Below, in pieces: positions 38,438-52,769 of a DNA stretch of 64,000 nt. A model generated the notes under the pieces. That model was not told the origin of the DNA and ran no database searches. It was given only the letters and a program-made list of their open reading frames with translations. The stretch's first letter is position 1, and every line of letters begins with the position of its first letter. The stretch is from Malacoraja senta (Eukaryota): contig CM075988.1 in assembly GCA_038087875.1 (NCBI GenBank), forward strand, positions 24,986,001-25,050,000, read 5' to 3'. The translations under genes and the position numbers were made by a program.

Positions 38438-41400
38438 AGGGGATGGACAAATATATTGTCCAGTGATGCATATATCCCAGTAGCAAATAGAAATCTGCTT
38501 GAATCCATGCTGATATAATAGTCCCAGTAAGTGAAGCTGCTTGATCTGCAACCAATGAAACATGTGGAAGGCAGTACTAAATCAATTTCCTTCTCATTAC
38601 TTCTCCATCTAAATTCCACTCAACTCTTGATAAAACAAAACCACAGTTAGATATTAAGCATCAGCTATACAATTGCATGAGAAATGGTGAGAATAATTGA
38701 CCATCATTGAAGAATTTATGCATTCTGTCCTTTGCCCCTCCAAAGTTAGAACTTGCCAGGTTGGTAATATTTGGCCCTGTTTCAGCTCCTCTCTTCTTCA
38801 GGTCAATACATGGAAATGGATGACATCTCTCTCCCACTGTTTAATAAAGCACTCTTCAGTGAACTTGTTATATTTTAATTTAAATTCCAAGTTTAACGTT
38901 TTCCCTCATTCAGTGTTAAAGCACTGATGGTGTGGGTGAACTGAACAATCTATTCCAATAATGGCCAAACCAGGATATCGATGAAAGCAAACCTCAGACT
39001 TCACTTCACATGCAACATCATTACAATTAAATGACAGCGCAACATCCTTCTGTAATGAGGTTTTGGAGTGTCTGCAACGATTGCTAGGCAAGACTATGGT
39101 GCAATGGGTGGTGCATCAGTCTGATAGACATTTGTCAGTTATTGCGTCTATTCAAGGCTGAGATGCTCAGACGTTGAGTATATTCAAGCGTATGAAAGAT
39201 ACCGTTTTGGGGCACTGAAAGAAATGAAACAAAATGGAAATAGAACAGGAAAATCATGTTGGGTTGAAAGATCAGCTCTGATGTTGTTGGATAGTGGACC
39301 AGATGCAAGGGTTGTGGCCAAATTTTGCTTCCATTTCCAGCTACATATTATGCAAAGTGTATGCTTTTCCTCTCCGTTGTCATGTATAAAGGGGGAGATG
39401 TTGCGGACCACATAATCAGCTGCTAATTTGCCATTGTCCATCTTCAGAGTTTTTTAACGACTCGGTCCATTTCATGTAAAGGAATATGAGCTTAAATTGG
39501 CACAGAATAACTAAAGAACAAATGGTTATGGTATAATGTGTAAGATGGAACTGCAGATGCTGGTTTAAACTGAAGATAGACACAAAAAGCTGGTGTAACT
39601 CAGCAGGACAATGGTACAATATTTGACTTCACTTAATTGGATCAGTTAGATTGGAAATAATGGTTATAAGGTGATAAACAACTCGGAAAGGCGTCACAGT
39701 GCCAGGATTGTGCTGAGAGAGCAAGGTTCCCTGTAGGACAAGAATCCAAAGTGGCAGATGAAAGAATGAAAAGACATTGGTAGATGAGCAGACTATTTGA
39801 CCTTGGTGAGCTTGTTCTGCCATTAACTGAGATCATGACTCAACTCTGAATTAACTCCACTGCATGAAAAGATAAAAATAGTTTAGAAGTCCTCTTTCAC
39901 ATTTCCTGAAGGACGCAAATTAAAAAAAGCTCTCCGCTTATGTTAGACATCCCCTTTGTGATATCCATTGAATGTTCTCAGATGGAAATTGAACCAGAAA
40001 ATCCACATTTAGTGAAATCTGTTAAATTGTATGTTGCAAGTCAGGGGATGGCTGGTGCTTAACGACGTCTCTGCTTGAAATACCTACTCCTAATAATCCA
40101 TCCATACGAAATACTCGCGCTGCTGAGATTGTTGACGGGGCATTTGGATGAGCAACGAGGCTAATTTCAGATAGTAAACTCCACACAATCTATGGAAGGC
40201 ATCCTAGGAAGTCTTTTTTGAGTCGTTTGATGGAAGTCTTTTTTGAGTAATTTAGGTTTTCATAATGCTGCAATTATAGTATTACCAGCATTTTTTGTTC
40301 GATTTCAGATTTCCAGTATATGTAGTTTATGTTCTGTTTGTGTTGATCAAAAGTAAAGAGAAAAAGGAAAATATAGATCCTTCATACCTTCAGAATATCT
40401 CAAAGTACTTCACAACTAATTACATGTTTGTCAAATGGAGCAATTATTGTTTCATAAGATAACAGGCCATCTGGACACAGAAAGATCCTATAAGCAATGA
40501 AATAAAGGTTGGATTTTTTTTGAAGTGTGATACCATCATTCGAGGATGTTATGAGATGAGAGGATTGTTCATCCATTTCTATGGATCTTCCTTCACCCAA
40601 TACACTCATTCATTTGTGGAGCAGCTTTGGTCTAATATGCTGCATCACTGGAACAAAGTCAGGCAAAAAGCCACAGCAAGTCAGGGGAAATGACCCAATG
40701 ATCAGTCTAAAAGCGGTGGTTTTAAGGGGAAATGAGCGTCCCCTGAGGTCTCGTGGGGAAATCCCAGGGAAATCTGAGGCAAAGCCATCGCTGATGAGCA
40801 GGGATGCAGCAGTAGCCAGAATTAAAGGAACACAGAGAAAAATAAATGCCGGACCTGCTTAACAAACGTGAATTTGCAGAAGGAATTATTTTTTTATTTA
40901 CAGTTGCCCTTGAGTAATTTAAAGGTGAAGAATGATTTAGGCATCAACTTGCATCGGACAGATTCACCAGAAAAATCTGGGCATTATTTGGAGGGAGTAC
41001 ATTCTTCGAGCTGACCTTTTAGAAGGGCAGGATTTTTATCCCTGACACACTGGATAAAGCCCTGAAACAAAAAAATGCATTGCAAAATCGATTATCTGAG
41101 AATAATTACATCTCTATACATATGTATAATGTGCTTCTACATTAACCCTTTAGACATACTTTAAAATGTGTAGTGACACTGAGAAAAGTGCTAGATGAAT
41201 GCAAGGGACTTTCTTGCCCCATTTCCCATTGTCCCTTTGTCCTCCTTCAGATGGGAATGTCAGCCACAGTGAGTGAGTGGTGCCCCACACTGACTCAGTC
41301 AGCCAGGCAGAGTGTAACCCTTCAAACCTTCTTGCCCCTACTTCAGTTGCCCCTTGTGCATATGTATAATCCAACTATCAAGCCAGTTTCCTTACAGATC

Positions 41401-42329
41401 CAAACCTGGACGGGGAGGTGGAGTAAGTTTACTGCTGGTTGCCAGAGGTTCTTTAAAGCACTCAGTAGCTAACATGTGATGGATGATTGGATATAGAAAT
41501 AAGCAGCCCCTTATTTTGGGGATGGTGTTTGTAGGATCAATATTTGGCATTGTGTGAATACCTCTACTCCTCTTTGAAATGCCATGCAATTCCATATGGC
41601 TCCTCCAATATTGTAGCTGTCCAGTACTGCAGCATTGGATTGTGACATTGATCAACACACAGTGTTTGACTCAAATACAGGAATCCCATTTGGACTAAAC
41701 CAGAGTGTTCTTCACCCGCCATTGATCAATAATCTGATCCCTAATATGAACAGGAATAATCAGTGAATATATTGCCTCAGTAGTGAAAGTCCCAAATGTT
41801 CATGAGATGAGGCTGTGCCTTTAAATCCCTTGGATGTTTAGATGTAGTGTTTTAGTCTGAGTACTGGGTGAGTGATGAGGAGCTAAATGGAGCTGTTAAA
41901 AGGATCAATTAACAGATTAGCATTTTGCAGAGAGTCAAACATTAATCAACTGCCCTGTCCATTTATTTTTGTACATTGGGCTTAGTGGAAAGTATAGAAC
42001 AGAACCACATCACAATGACTGAACAGAGCTATTAGCCAGAGGGAATCACAGACATTTTGAAAGAATATTAATATGACAGTTCACCCCAAAGAAACATTCT
42101 GCACCCTTGTTAATTTCAAACCAAAAATATAAGGTTAATGTAGAACAGTCTTTCCTTGTTTCAAAATCACCAGAGACAGAACAATGGTTTTAAGACATAA
42201 GATGGTTTATTTAAAGCGGAAATCTCTGCTCCCTATGAGCCATGCATCATATAGTCTCTGAGCTACATGTTGTTTAATTCTATATCCTCGTTAATTTCCA
42301 CATTGTAAGATAGCGGACACCAGCCTACA

Positions 42330-42700
42330 TGTTTGAAGATATGATTCAGACTGACATACCACCGTGTAAGGAGTGCGTGCTCCCTGTCAATAGTGCCAGC
42401 TTAAAGATCAGACATTAAGCTGAGGCACAGTCTGTCTTCTCGGGTGGATGTGAAATATCCCATAGCATTCTTTTGAAGTAAAGTAGGGAGCTCTGCACGG
42501 TGTCCGGGCCGATCAATACCCCTTTACCAATATCCCTTTGCCATTCTCTGCATGCTGCCAGTAGGAGTTTGCTGAGTATAGTTTATCTATTATATCTCCT
42601 CCATTATAATGGAAGTTAACACTTAATAACACTTTACTGGCTTTAAAGCACTTTGGGATGTCTGAGGTCATGGAGATGTTGTCGAGATGCAGGTCTGTCA
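42330..42700 (+). mobile_element. Ancient Deu-domain SINE
   Basis: CAGACATTAAGCTGAGG..GGTGGATGTGAAATATCCCATAGCA..GGTGTCCGGGCC..CACTTTGGGATGTCTGAGGTCATG. Confidence 0.65.
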
Positions 42701-43284
42701 TGGTTAGAAGTTCTTCCTGGATGATAGTGCGTCACCAGGCCACCTGCAAGCTGATGCATTTTTTTTTTATTTCCACCAACAGTCTTCCTCTGATCTGATT
42801 CACCAAAGATGCTACAGTAATAGGAACAGTTTCGTTCCAAATCTCCAGCCAAGAAATTTGATTCAGGACAAATCAGTGAGTAAGAAATAATTTCACAAGT
42901 AGGATCGGGTTACTTGGGTTTACAAGCTAGTTTGGTCACTGCTCCATAAGCATTCCAGCTCAAGCTTGGTTTTGGGATCAGCCGACAAAATCGAGGAATA
43001 CAAAGTGGGAAGAAATTGCAGGATTTTCACTTACTGCCATTTTTAACGCACGTTTAGTACTTTGCAAAGCCTTGACCTGGCGTCGTTTCCTCCTCGAATC
43101 TTAAAGGTTTGAAGTGGACTGAGCTTTGATCTAACCTGGGAGTGTTGTCTGCTTTTACCAAGAAAGAAAAATATGGGTCCACGCACATTTTAGCAAAGAC
43201 ACAACTGAACTGTTTAACACTGTTTTACTTTCAATAATGACACATTTAATTTTACACACCATTTATTCTCCACCCCTCATAAAG

Positions 43285-43404
43285 TGATACAGTGTTGAAA
43301 CAGGCCCTTCAGCCCAACTTGCCCACACCGGCCAACATGTCCCAACTACACTAGTCCCAGTTGCCTGCATTTGGTCCATATCCCTCCAAACCTGCCCTAT
43401 CCAC
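43285..43404 (-). mobile_element. CR1 3' UTR fragment
   Basis: Reverse complement of 17900-18025; similar copy at 47779-47912. Confidence 0.75.
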
Positions 43405-44299
43405 CATGGCCCCAAGAAAAGGAAAAACATGAACCAGGTTGGTGGGAAGGGAATCAGACATAGGTCTGACTGTGTTAGGATGATGGGTTTTCTTCCCTGG
43501 GCAATAGTAGTGAACATGTTTGTTTTTGCAACAATGTCGTGAAGGTATTATCATCACAGATGGATTTAAATTGGAATCCAATTTTAAAATGTCATAGTGA
43601 GACTTGAAGTCCCTGCATTATTAGTCTAGGTGATAATATTATGAATCTAAAAATTGAATCACTATCTATGCCTTCATATTAAAACTGCATTTTAAAATGT
43701 TTATCTGCATCTATCCTTTTCCAGTCTATAGGCTTTTAAAATGCGTTTGATTGCCATCTGGCTTCTACTGTTCTTCTTTGACATGTTTTTCTCTCTCACT
43801 CTTATCTGGGTTCCTCTTTACTAATGATGCAAAATGGATGTTTCCACTAAAACTGATGTTCCAAGGCTAGGATGATCTGTCCAAACAAGTCAGACTAGTA
43901 TAGCCCAAGGTGTGGGACTATGCACCGAGTGACACATTGAAGCTTGATGAAGTCATTGTAATGGCTCCATGAAGATAGGCTTAAAGATTAGAACACTTCC
44001 ATCATTGAAAACCGAAGGACAGGAGCCTATGTAAGAACCTCTTTGACGTATTACTAGTGAATTGTATGTGAAAGGACTGCTCTAAACACAGTGATTAACA
44101 TTTATATGGGTTGCATATTGTTGTTGTATTTTTACCCCCAAAATGTATACAATTTGCAAGATACTCTGCATTCATATGTAAACATTCACAATACAAGACG
44201 TATTCTATTTCCTCTTAAGATTTATAGTTTATCATCGGGCCATTAATTTGTCTTTCACTTACATTCCATGGGTGTACTTCTGAGAGGTTCTTGCACATG

Positions 44300-45770
44300 G
44301 TCTTGCACAGCTCTTCAGTTTGCAATGACAGAAAAGTGCTAAGCCTTAAACGTTTCATTGTGAAGCCTTTGCAAAGACTGTACCAAACTTCAGTGCGTCC
44401 CTCGTCACATTGGACTAGACTTCTCCGCAGCATTTGGCCGCAGACAGCTGCCTGCCTTGAAACACCACTCGGTTTCATACAGTAAGATGCACCATTCACC
44501 AAGTTGATTAACTTTCATGCAACAATTGAACCTACTTGAGTCCGTGTCCCCAGGAACAGTCCATAGAGCACAAACTCTCACGTGATGGAGCTGGGTGGGA
44601 TGAATCTTGACAAAGACCACTAAATCCCTTTCCAGATCTTTTGACAAATACATAATCTAGAAGGAGATAGATGACCATCTCATCTCCACCAACACACATG
44701 TGTTTGAGACCAATTGGGCATGAAGGATCTGAGAGGAAGGGCCCATCTTAATATCAGCTGAGCAATATCTTGGTCCTTGTTTGAAACTTCTACTGATGAG
44801 TTGCTGCCAAGTGACTTTGACAATCCATTTTGGGAACCATGACAAAGCATCCACCATCTCCTTTTCCCTCAAGGATATTCCAATGTCTGATTGACTGACA
44901 GTCCATGTGTGCTTCTGCACCAGCTGTTGTGCAAGGGACAGGTGGTACTGCATGGTACTTGCAAAAAGGAACAACCCACTGCAACGTGGCCACAATCTCC
45001 TTAACAATGAGGGCAGGGAGAACGTCAACACCTAGGTTTGCTGACCTGGAAAAGGTGGCAATGTGGTTTGGAGGAGTGAGGGAATGCAGCTTGAATGGAA
45101 CCTATTAATTTCCAGGGAGTCAGGGAGAAGTGTAACCAGTGTCTGTGTCAATTGCCATTTTTCATCTCTAGCTGATTGAACTGCAGCACAGACATGGAGC
45201 GAGACACGGAGCAACACTGAGAACAGCTCACACTCAGTCATCTGATTCATTCCCACTATTGAGAGGGGTGGTGCTCCCAAAGCCACATTTCCAGTTGCAC
45301 CTTGATTAATGGGCTCCATGAGATATGCACGTCCTTGGTCCTGCAAACCATCCTGCCAGCATTTCCAGGCAATCGGACCCGACAGTGAAGAGAATAAAGA
45401 ATCAGAGAGACCAGTTGCCAAAGAACATTTTCTTGCTTTTGTTAGAATTCACTCTAGCCCCAGAGGCCTGATCAGACTGGTCATCAGTCTGCAGACCAAC
45501 AGCGGATCTGAGCAGAAGAGGATGTCAACTGCACTTTGATCTGAGGGTCTCCATGGCCTGGGATCAATACGGCTCCTGTGCCACATCCTTCCATTCATCA
45601 AAAGGTAATACAACAGATGAACAAGATAGTCTTCATTGTTGTTGCCTTGATCAGAAGGTACTTACTGCTTTAAACCAGCAGATGGCAATTGGGAGCATAG
45701 AACCACACACCAGTCAACCAAGACACTTTTTGCTACCCCTCTAGCTTTATCTCCTGCTTTAATATCTGGT
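44300..45770 (-). mobile_element. Heavily decayed LINE RT region, probably RTE clade
   Basis: Fragmentary motifs in the expected order on the - strand (LLxADD-like, PLSI, IVKVTWQQLIS, AQL..HV), with many frameshifts. Confidence 0.45.
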
Positions 45771-47205
45771 TGGTAAAAATGGTTATTAAGTTTGATGAAA
45801 AAATATGTATTAGTTATTAGGGGTGAGAAAATACCTAATTGGATATTGAAGCAAACTCGTTATGATTGGCTTTGGGAAGATGGGGTGGGACCAAGATTGA
45901 GAATGTGAGGGCAGTGCAATGTGAGATCACATGTTGATACCCAACATCCATCCAAAGTAATCAATGGGGCGTTTCTGAATGTAGACAATGCTGATGTCAC
46001 TGAAGCACAAAGTTTGAACCAGAGTAGGCAGGCCACAACTTGCCACAGGCTCTGCCATTGGTCCAGGACTACAAATTCTCCTGGCAGTTTCACAGACATA
46101 GGTGTCTAGTTGTGGTAAATTCTATGCAAAGTAGTAAATGGTGGAACAGTTCCAATGGTATTCAAGTCCTGAAGATACCAGGGATACAGTTTCATACTCA
46201 AGACTCAGCATTGAACTACCTGAAATCCCATGGGTTTATCAAGAAATTAGCTCACCACCCAGTTTTAATTGAAACTAATAAAATGGGAAATGGTGGAAAC
46301 ACTCAGCAGGTTAGGAAACATGTGGAGAGGTAAACAGGTAAGGTTTTGGAACAATGACTTTCCATTAGAATCAGGTAATGTTAGAAATTAAGCGTATTTA
46401 AAGATGTAGGGGAGAAGTATGGTGAGGAGACCAAATGGAACCTCTGTGCTAGGATAGGGACCAAGCTTTAGCTCAGTGGGTCCTGAGGGCTGTAGTGTAC
46501 ATGAGATGCTGTGTTGAGTTGAGATTGCCATCGTCTCAGCTCTGTACTGGGGCAATCATCACATTGGATAGACACAGTGATTAGAAAGTCAACCTCGTTG
46601 CCACAGGAACAGATTGAAGTGAATAGTGTTATTATATTTGGAAAGAAGCCTGGTGCATATATGAAACCAAAAGGAACAAAGTGTATCAGTGATTAAGAAA
46701 CCATCAGTACAGATGGTGGCCACTCAGCCCATTCTCTATATTCTCATGGAACTGTTTTGCCTTGTTTGATATCCCTACTATTTCTTTGTAATATTGTAGG
46801 TTCCTGTCCAACTCCAATTTGGACTTTCATAGTCATCTTCTACCAATTTTTCATTGGAACAAAACAGTCTTAGTTACTCACCAAGTAAAACCATTTCATC
46901 TTATCTCCCCCTCCAATGATTTTAATTTCATGACCTTTGCTTATTGATCGATTCACCTGATGGATCATCTATCCATTGTGTAACCTCCCATCGTCTTGAA
47001 ATCCTCGACTATATCATCTCTTCATCTTCTAGGTTCCAAGGAGAATAGTTCTAACTTTACAACTCTCTGCTCATTATTTAACTGTCCCATCACTTGTAAC
47101 TTTCCTGTAAATCTATACCAAATCTGCATCCTTTTTAAAGTGATGCTGACAAGGTGAAAATAAACGCAATGGAAAGCGATGCTTGAACAAAACACCAGTA
47201 TAGAT

Positions 47206-47340
47206 AACCACTGAAGAAGGGTTTCGGCCCGAAACGTTGCCTATTTCCTTCGCTCCATAGATGCTGCTGCACCCGCTGAGTTTCTCCAGCATTTTTGTCT
47301 ACCTTTGATTTTCCAGCACCTGCAGTTCCTTCTTAAACAC
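47206..47340 (+). mobile_element. Penelope-like terminal-repeat fragment with hammerhead core (47211-47238)
   Basis: CTGAAGA-A-GGGT-TTCG-GCCC-GAAA-CGTT. 16-bp TSD AAACACCAGTATAGAT at 47190-47205 and 47335-47350. Confidence 0.75.
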
Positions 47341-48351
47341 CAGTATAGATTATTTCAGTAGAATGGCTCCTATTTTATGCTGCACATATAATACTTGATC
47401 TAGACAAATTCTAACAATTTACTGCACAATTCTCGTAGGTGTCTCATGAAACATCTTTCTGAGCCCTTTGGCAGAGGGCGGGGTGAGGGGGTGGGGTAGT
47501 TATTGACTCAAAAAAATAATCATTTGGGAAAGAAGAAGGATGTTTCTAGATTAACTGTGGGATGATACATGGCAGCAGAATGGATATGTTAGCTAACCAA
47601 TGGCTGTCAATGAAGGCGGTGGAAATGGAACAAAAAATAATTGGATAATAAGCACGTCAGGGGAATAAACCTGCAGTGTTTCTCGGGGCAGAGGATGGGA
47701 ACAAGGTTCACTGGATTATTCAATCGAAAGCCCCATGAGATAAAGATAAAGAAAGCCACCCTGAATATAAGATGGCTAGAGAGTCATAGGGTGATACAGT
47801 GTGGAAACAGGCCCTTCGGCCCAACTTGCCCACGACGGCCAACATGTCCCAGCTGCACTAGTCCCACCTGTCTGCGTTTGGTCCGTATCCCTCCACAGCT
47901 GTCCTATCCATGTCACTGTTTCTTACTGTTACTTTGCGAAGGGAGCTAAAGGGGAGAGAACAAATAACATTGGGAAAGCAGGTGGGTGACATTTGTCCTT
48001 TTACATCCATGAAGATGAGGCTCACCTGGTCTGTATCGATAATGGTTTTGTGCCAGTTAGTTTAATTTGTTCAAAGAAAGTGGAGATTCCGTTTCATTTA
48101 AACTGAACGGATTGATAAATATTTGAAAAGACATGATGACAATTATGCATATTGTATTTTTCCAAGGTTTTTATTGTAGATTTTGCAGCCCTGCATCAAA
48201 ACGATCTTTATTTCAAACTGGACATAAACTCCAAGTCCTCTGGCCCTCCTACCCCTCCCACTAGTTAATTGGTGTCAATTAAAATGATTGATGCTTAGTG
48301 CGTTAGTTAGACTCTTGACATTAAATGATGCAATAGATACTGAAGTGAGGG

Positions 48352-48445
48352 AGACAAAAGTGCTGGAGAAACTCAGCAGGTGCGGCAGCATCTATGGAGC
48401 GAAGGAAATAGGCAACGTTTCGGGCCGAAACCCTTCTTCAGACTG
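48352..48445 (-). mobile_element. Penelope-like repeat fragment with hammerhead core (48414-48441)
   Basis: 14-bp TSD ACTGAAGTGAGGGA at 48339-48352 and 48442-48455. Confidence 0.75.
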
Positions 48446-48604
48446 AAGTGAGGGAACTGGTTCCAGTTCTTTTAAAAGAATCCTGTTCTAGGATAAATAA
48501 TTTATAATGACTTTAAATAATCCCTATAATCTTTTATGTATAGATCTGATTTTTCATGTACAGACCTGGAAACTGTTTCTGCTATAGATATAAAACAAAA
48601 ATAC

Positions 48605-48990
48605 ATTATTGCATTTATACGATAACTTCCATAACCTCAGGACATTTTACAACCAATGAAGTACTTTCATGTTTAACGCTACTGAACTGCAAGAAACACA
48701 GCAGCCAGTTTGTGCAGTCTCATCAGGTCATGAGGAATTTTGGTTGAAGAATAAGTATTGAGATCAGACACAGGAATATTCTCTCTGCACTTCTTCAAAG
48801 CCATACAAGAGGATTCCCCCCCCCCCCCCCCCCCCATTTAGATAGGGCAGTTAAGGGCTTCAGCTTAATGTCTTATCTCAAAGACTGCACTTGTGACAGT
48901 GCAGTCCTTCCTCAGTATTCCCTCATAGAATAATAACTTGAGGTGGTCTTGAGGTGGAACTTGAATCTGCTGACCCACTGCCCACCACAG
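48605..48990 (-). mobile_element. Ancient Deu-domain SINE
   Basis: Reverse-complement similarity to 42330-42700. Weaker copies at ~5060-5260, ~9340-9540, ~12430-12630, ~19540-19760, ~22400-22750, ~26410-26700. Confidence 0.55.
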
Positions 48991-49534
48991 CCATCGCCTG
49001 TACTTTGCCAATTCAATGCCTTTTGTTCTTTTTTTTTCGAACATGTGGCCTAGACAATGTGCAAACACTAGCAGGATTCTGCCGATGTAGCCCACCTCCC
49101 CTAGCCTTCTGTATGGGTTTGTTGGCATAATGAAAATCGACTTAGAGACGGAAAAGACATCTTTCAGATAGGCTTCGGGAAAGCAAGATTTCGCAAGAAT
49201 CGGCTTGTTAGATGGCCAATGGAAGTGGAGACGGGTTCCAAAAGGAAATTGGACAGACACATGAAGGAAATAAACATGCGGAGATAGAGTAAGACAATGG
49301 GGCAGAGTGGATTGCTGTATAAACAGTAGGTGTGGACCATATGGACTAAAGAACTCTTGTGCTGCAATGATACTATGAATCTGAGGTGGCTACCCTGAGG
49401 GAAGAGAAGAGACAGCACAGGTGTAAATAACCCTCTAGTACCTCACCCATGTGGCCATTCACGTTGTGTGAGTCTTGATCAGTTAAGAATTAGAGTCAAA
49501 CACCATTCTAATCTGACCCAATGTTCACAACTAA

Positions 49535-49864
49535 AACCCCTGTCCCACGGTACGAGTTCATTCCAAGAGCTCTCCCGAGTTTACCCTGATTTGAACTCGG
49601 AGATTTACGGTAATGGCCACTCGTCGGTACTCGGGGCTCTCGTGGACATTTTTCATCGTGTTGAAAAATCTTCACGAGTCTTCCCGCGCCTACCTGCCGT
49701 TAGCGAGTCTTCCCGAGTACCTGCCGTTAGCGTTACGAGCCGCTAAGAGACGTCCCCTAGCTCCGACGTACCCGCTACGTTCATTCTCCGTGCTTACCAC
49801 GAGTTTGATTTTTTTAAAACTCGGGAGAGCTCTTGGAATGAACTCGTACCGTGGGAGAGGGCTA
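49535..49864. mobile_element. MITE, probably PIF/Harbinger type
   Basis: 45-bp TIRs at 49538-49582 and 49817-49861 (1 mismatch). TAA at 49532-49534 and 49865-49867. No ORF; CpG-rich. Confidence 0.85.
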
Positions 49865-51836
49865 TAACTATACATTGCACTGGAAATCCTGGCTCCTTAT
49901 CATCCTTTGCTCTTTGTCTTCCTCTTATTTAGAAACATCCCGTAGGTCTGCCCAGTACCAACTATCCCACTCTTAAACCGGTCCTTGACAACTCAATTGC
50001 AGATAATTAGGGAGGTGCTGGGTTTGTGATGAGTGCCTCAAATCACTGGCATCAGTGAATTAGGACTTGTGGAGTGTGCTGTGTTATCCACTTTACCACA
50101 GGATCAATGAGAGGAAACAGTACAGTCGTGTGACTCGCGACGAGAGCAGAAACTTTAACCAGGAACAAATGAAATGGACATATTAAAAAGCAACGGGTAG
50201 CAACCAAAGGAGACTGGTCTCACCATTCTCAGCTCAGTTTTCATTCAATCAGAAGTGAGAAAATCAATAGGACTAGTTTTCTAGTAGGACCAGCAGGAGA
50301 TCTTGGTGTATTTTGGACATTGGACCATCTTGGACATTAGAAGTCAAATCGCCTTCAATTAGTTTAAATATTATCTGGATTACTGGGGACAGAGGTTTTC
50401 CCGGAACAGAAGGATCTCGATCCAAAAAGTCACCTGTCCATGTTCTTCAGAGATGCTGCTTAACCCGTTGAGTTACTCCAATACTTTTTGTCTTTTTTTT
50501 AAACCAGCAATCGCAGTTCCTTGTTTCTACAGAAGTGTTTTCTTGCTGTTTAGCTGTGAAAATCATCTGCTGCATAGAAAAGATCCAGCCCATCCAGCCC
50601 TATTGGTCTGTGCTGGTGCTGTTACTGCACACAGGTCTCTTCCAATCCCTTCTGCTGTGTCTCAGGCTTAACTAACTATGCTTTTTTTCCTTCATGTAAC
50701 TACTTTGAATCAATCACTTCCTGGGCTAAACAGTTATGGCAATACAACCTCACTCCCAGCTAAAGAATTTCTCCTATTCACCAAATAGATTGATGATTAT
50801 CGAGTGCTGATAGATTGGAATTAGGACAAGGACTAGGATTGGAATCTCCAATGTATAGAAACACGGCCACATCCACCCTGTCCAACACCCTCCTAATTTC
50901 ATAGAACATCAGGGCTCTGCCTTTTTCCTGAAGATAAAACCTTAAATTTGTCCAATCTTCCCCATATCTATAACACTCTTAGTTCTGGTGAGATCCTTAT
51001 AAATTTTACTTTGCATTTTCTCAAGTGCTTCATTAGTGTACAGGCCATACGTTGAAATTATTTTGTGCAACTTTACTTTTTTTCCCCTCCATGTCAGTGG
51101 TTTCCTGCTTGGGAATATCTACTATTCCTCGACTAACCGAACAATTTCTCCCAGAGTAGAACAAGGAAGGGGTATAGAAAACTCTAGATGCAGTCAGATA
51201 TGCTCTCCCGAGAAGGGTCCCAACCCGAACCGCCACCTATTCGTGTTCTCTAGAGATGCCGCCTGGCCCGCTGTGTTACTCCAGCACTTTATGTCTTTTT
51301 TTTTTTGTAAACCAGCATCTTCAGTTCCGCGAGTCACTGTTTTAATGCTCTCCCAAGAATGAGATACGGGGAGAGAGATGACAAGGTGATTAAAACAATT
51401 CTCCACTTCCTGCGCAGGGAATGACAAGTGCTGACAACTAACATGGGCAATGATCAGCTCCACAGTCCTGGAATATAGGGAGGATAGGAATATGGGATTA
51501 ACGTCAGAATAGTGTAAATGGGTAGTCATTGGTCAGTGTGGACTCAGTGGGCCTGTTACCCTCCTGTATTTTTCTAAGAATCTATGACTCAGTCTTGCCC
51601 TCAAGCAACACAAATCTTTTGTCAAAGAAAGGTATTTGCAATCAAATGCTTCTAAGAAACCCCCTTCGTTTTCAGAATATAATTCCCATGCTCCCTTTGT
51701 ATCCCTGGCAGTCATCATTAGGCTCTCACAGCATAGATAATATGGAGCATAGACAGCATAGAGGAATATCATTTGATACATCATATATCCAATTAAAAGG
51801 TCTAGAGTTCCCTTCCGTCCTAACATCATATAATTT

Positions 51837-51998
51837 GACAAATAGACAATAGATGCAGGAGTTGGCCCTTCGAGCCAGTACCGCCATTCAATGTGATCAT
51901 GGCTGATCATCCCCAATCAGTACCTCGTTCCTGACTTTTCCCCATATCCCCTGACTCTGCTATTTTTAAGAGCCTTATCTAGCTCTCTCTTGAAAGCA
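51837..51998 (-). mobile_element. CR1 LINE 3' end
   Basis: Reverse complement of the 26060-26237 family. Confidence 0.82.
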
Positions 51999-52468
51999 TT
52001 ATTGAAGAATTATTGAAGAATGTTACTAATTCAGAGGCACAATATTGCATATGTTGGAAATCTGTAATATAAACTGAAAGTGCTGAAAATAGCTCAGTGC
52101 ATTGGTTGCAAAGATAATGTTTTAATTCCATAACCTATAGGCAGGGATTTCAGCTGCACATGTCTCTCTAGGTCCATTGGAGATGTGGATCACAGTAGAT
52201 GAGAATTTCCTCCTGCTAACACTCCCAAATAGCCTTTCCCTGCTTTGATTACTGACAGCCCCTGGTCAAATTTGACAATAGAGTTTACATTTTTCCAGTT
52301 TTGCTGTTTCTGCAGCTATTACCGTATTTTCCTTCTTGCGCACTTTCTTTGTGTGTTAATAAATTAAAGTTCCTTTAGCCTTTCCTTAACCCTGTGTTTG
52401 CAATTGCCCTCTCTGCATAAATTCTCATTCAAATGTCCTTTATATCAAAATTCCTTTATATCAATATT

Positions 52469-52769
52469 GGGGCAGCATGGTGGTGCAGCGGTAGAGTTGC
52501 AGCCTTACAGCGCTTACAGCGCCGGAGACCCGGGTTCCATCCCGACTATGGGCGCTGTCTGTACAAAGTTTGTACGTTCTCCCCGTGGGTTTTCTCCGAG
52601 TTTTTGGTTGCCTCCCACACTCTAAAGACGTACAGGTTTGTAGGTTAATTGGCTTGGCATGACTGTCCGTGGTGTGTGTAGGATAGTATTAATGTGCGGG
52701 GATCACTGGTCGGTGGGTCGAAGGGCCTGTTTCCATGCTGTAACTCTCAACCAAAAAAACTAAACTAAA
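52469..52769 (+). mobile_element. HE1-type V-SINE
   Basis: GGGGCAGCATGGTGGTGCAGCGGTAGAG head, GGTTCCATCCC B box, V-domain, CTAAA tail. Confidence 0.85.

Noticed and set aside
40208-40249. 17-bp direct repeat GGAAGTCTTTTTTGAGT x2
   Set aside because: Simple micro-duplication with no further structure.
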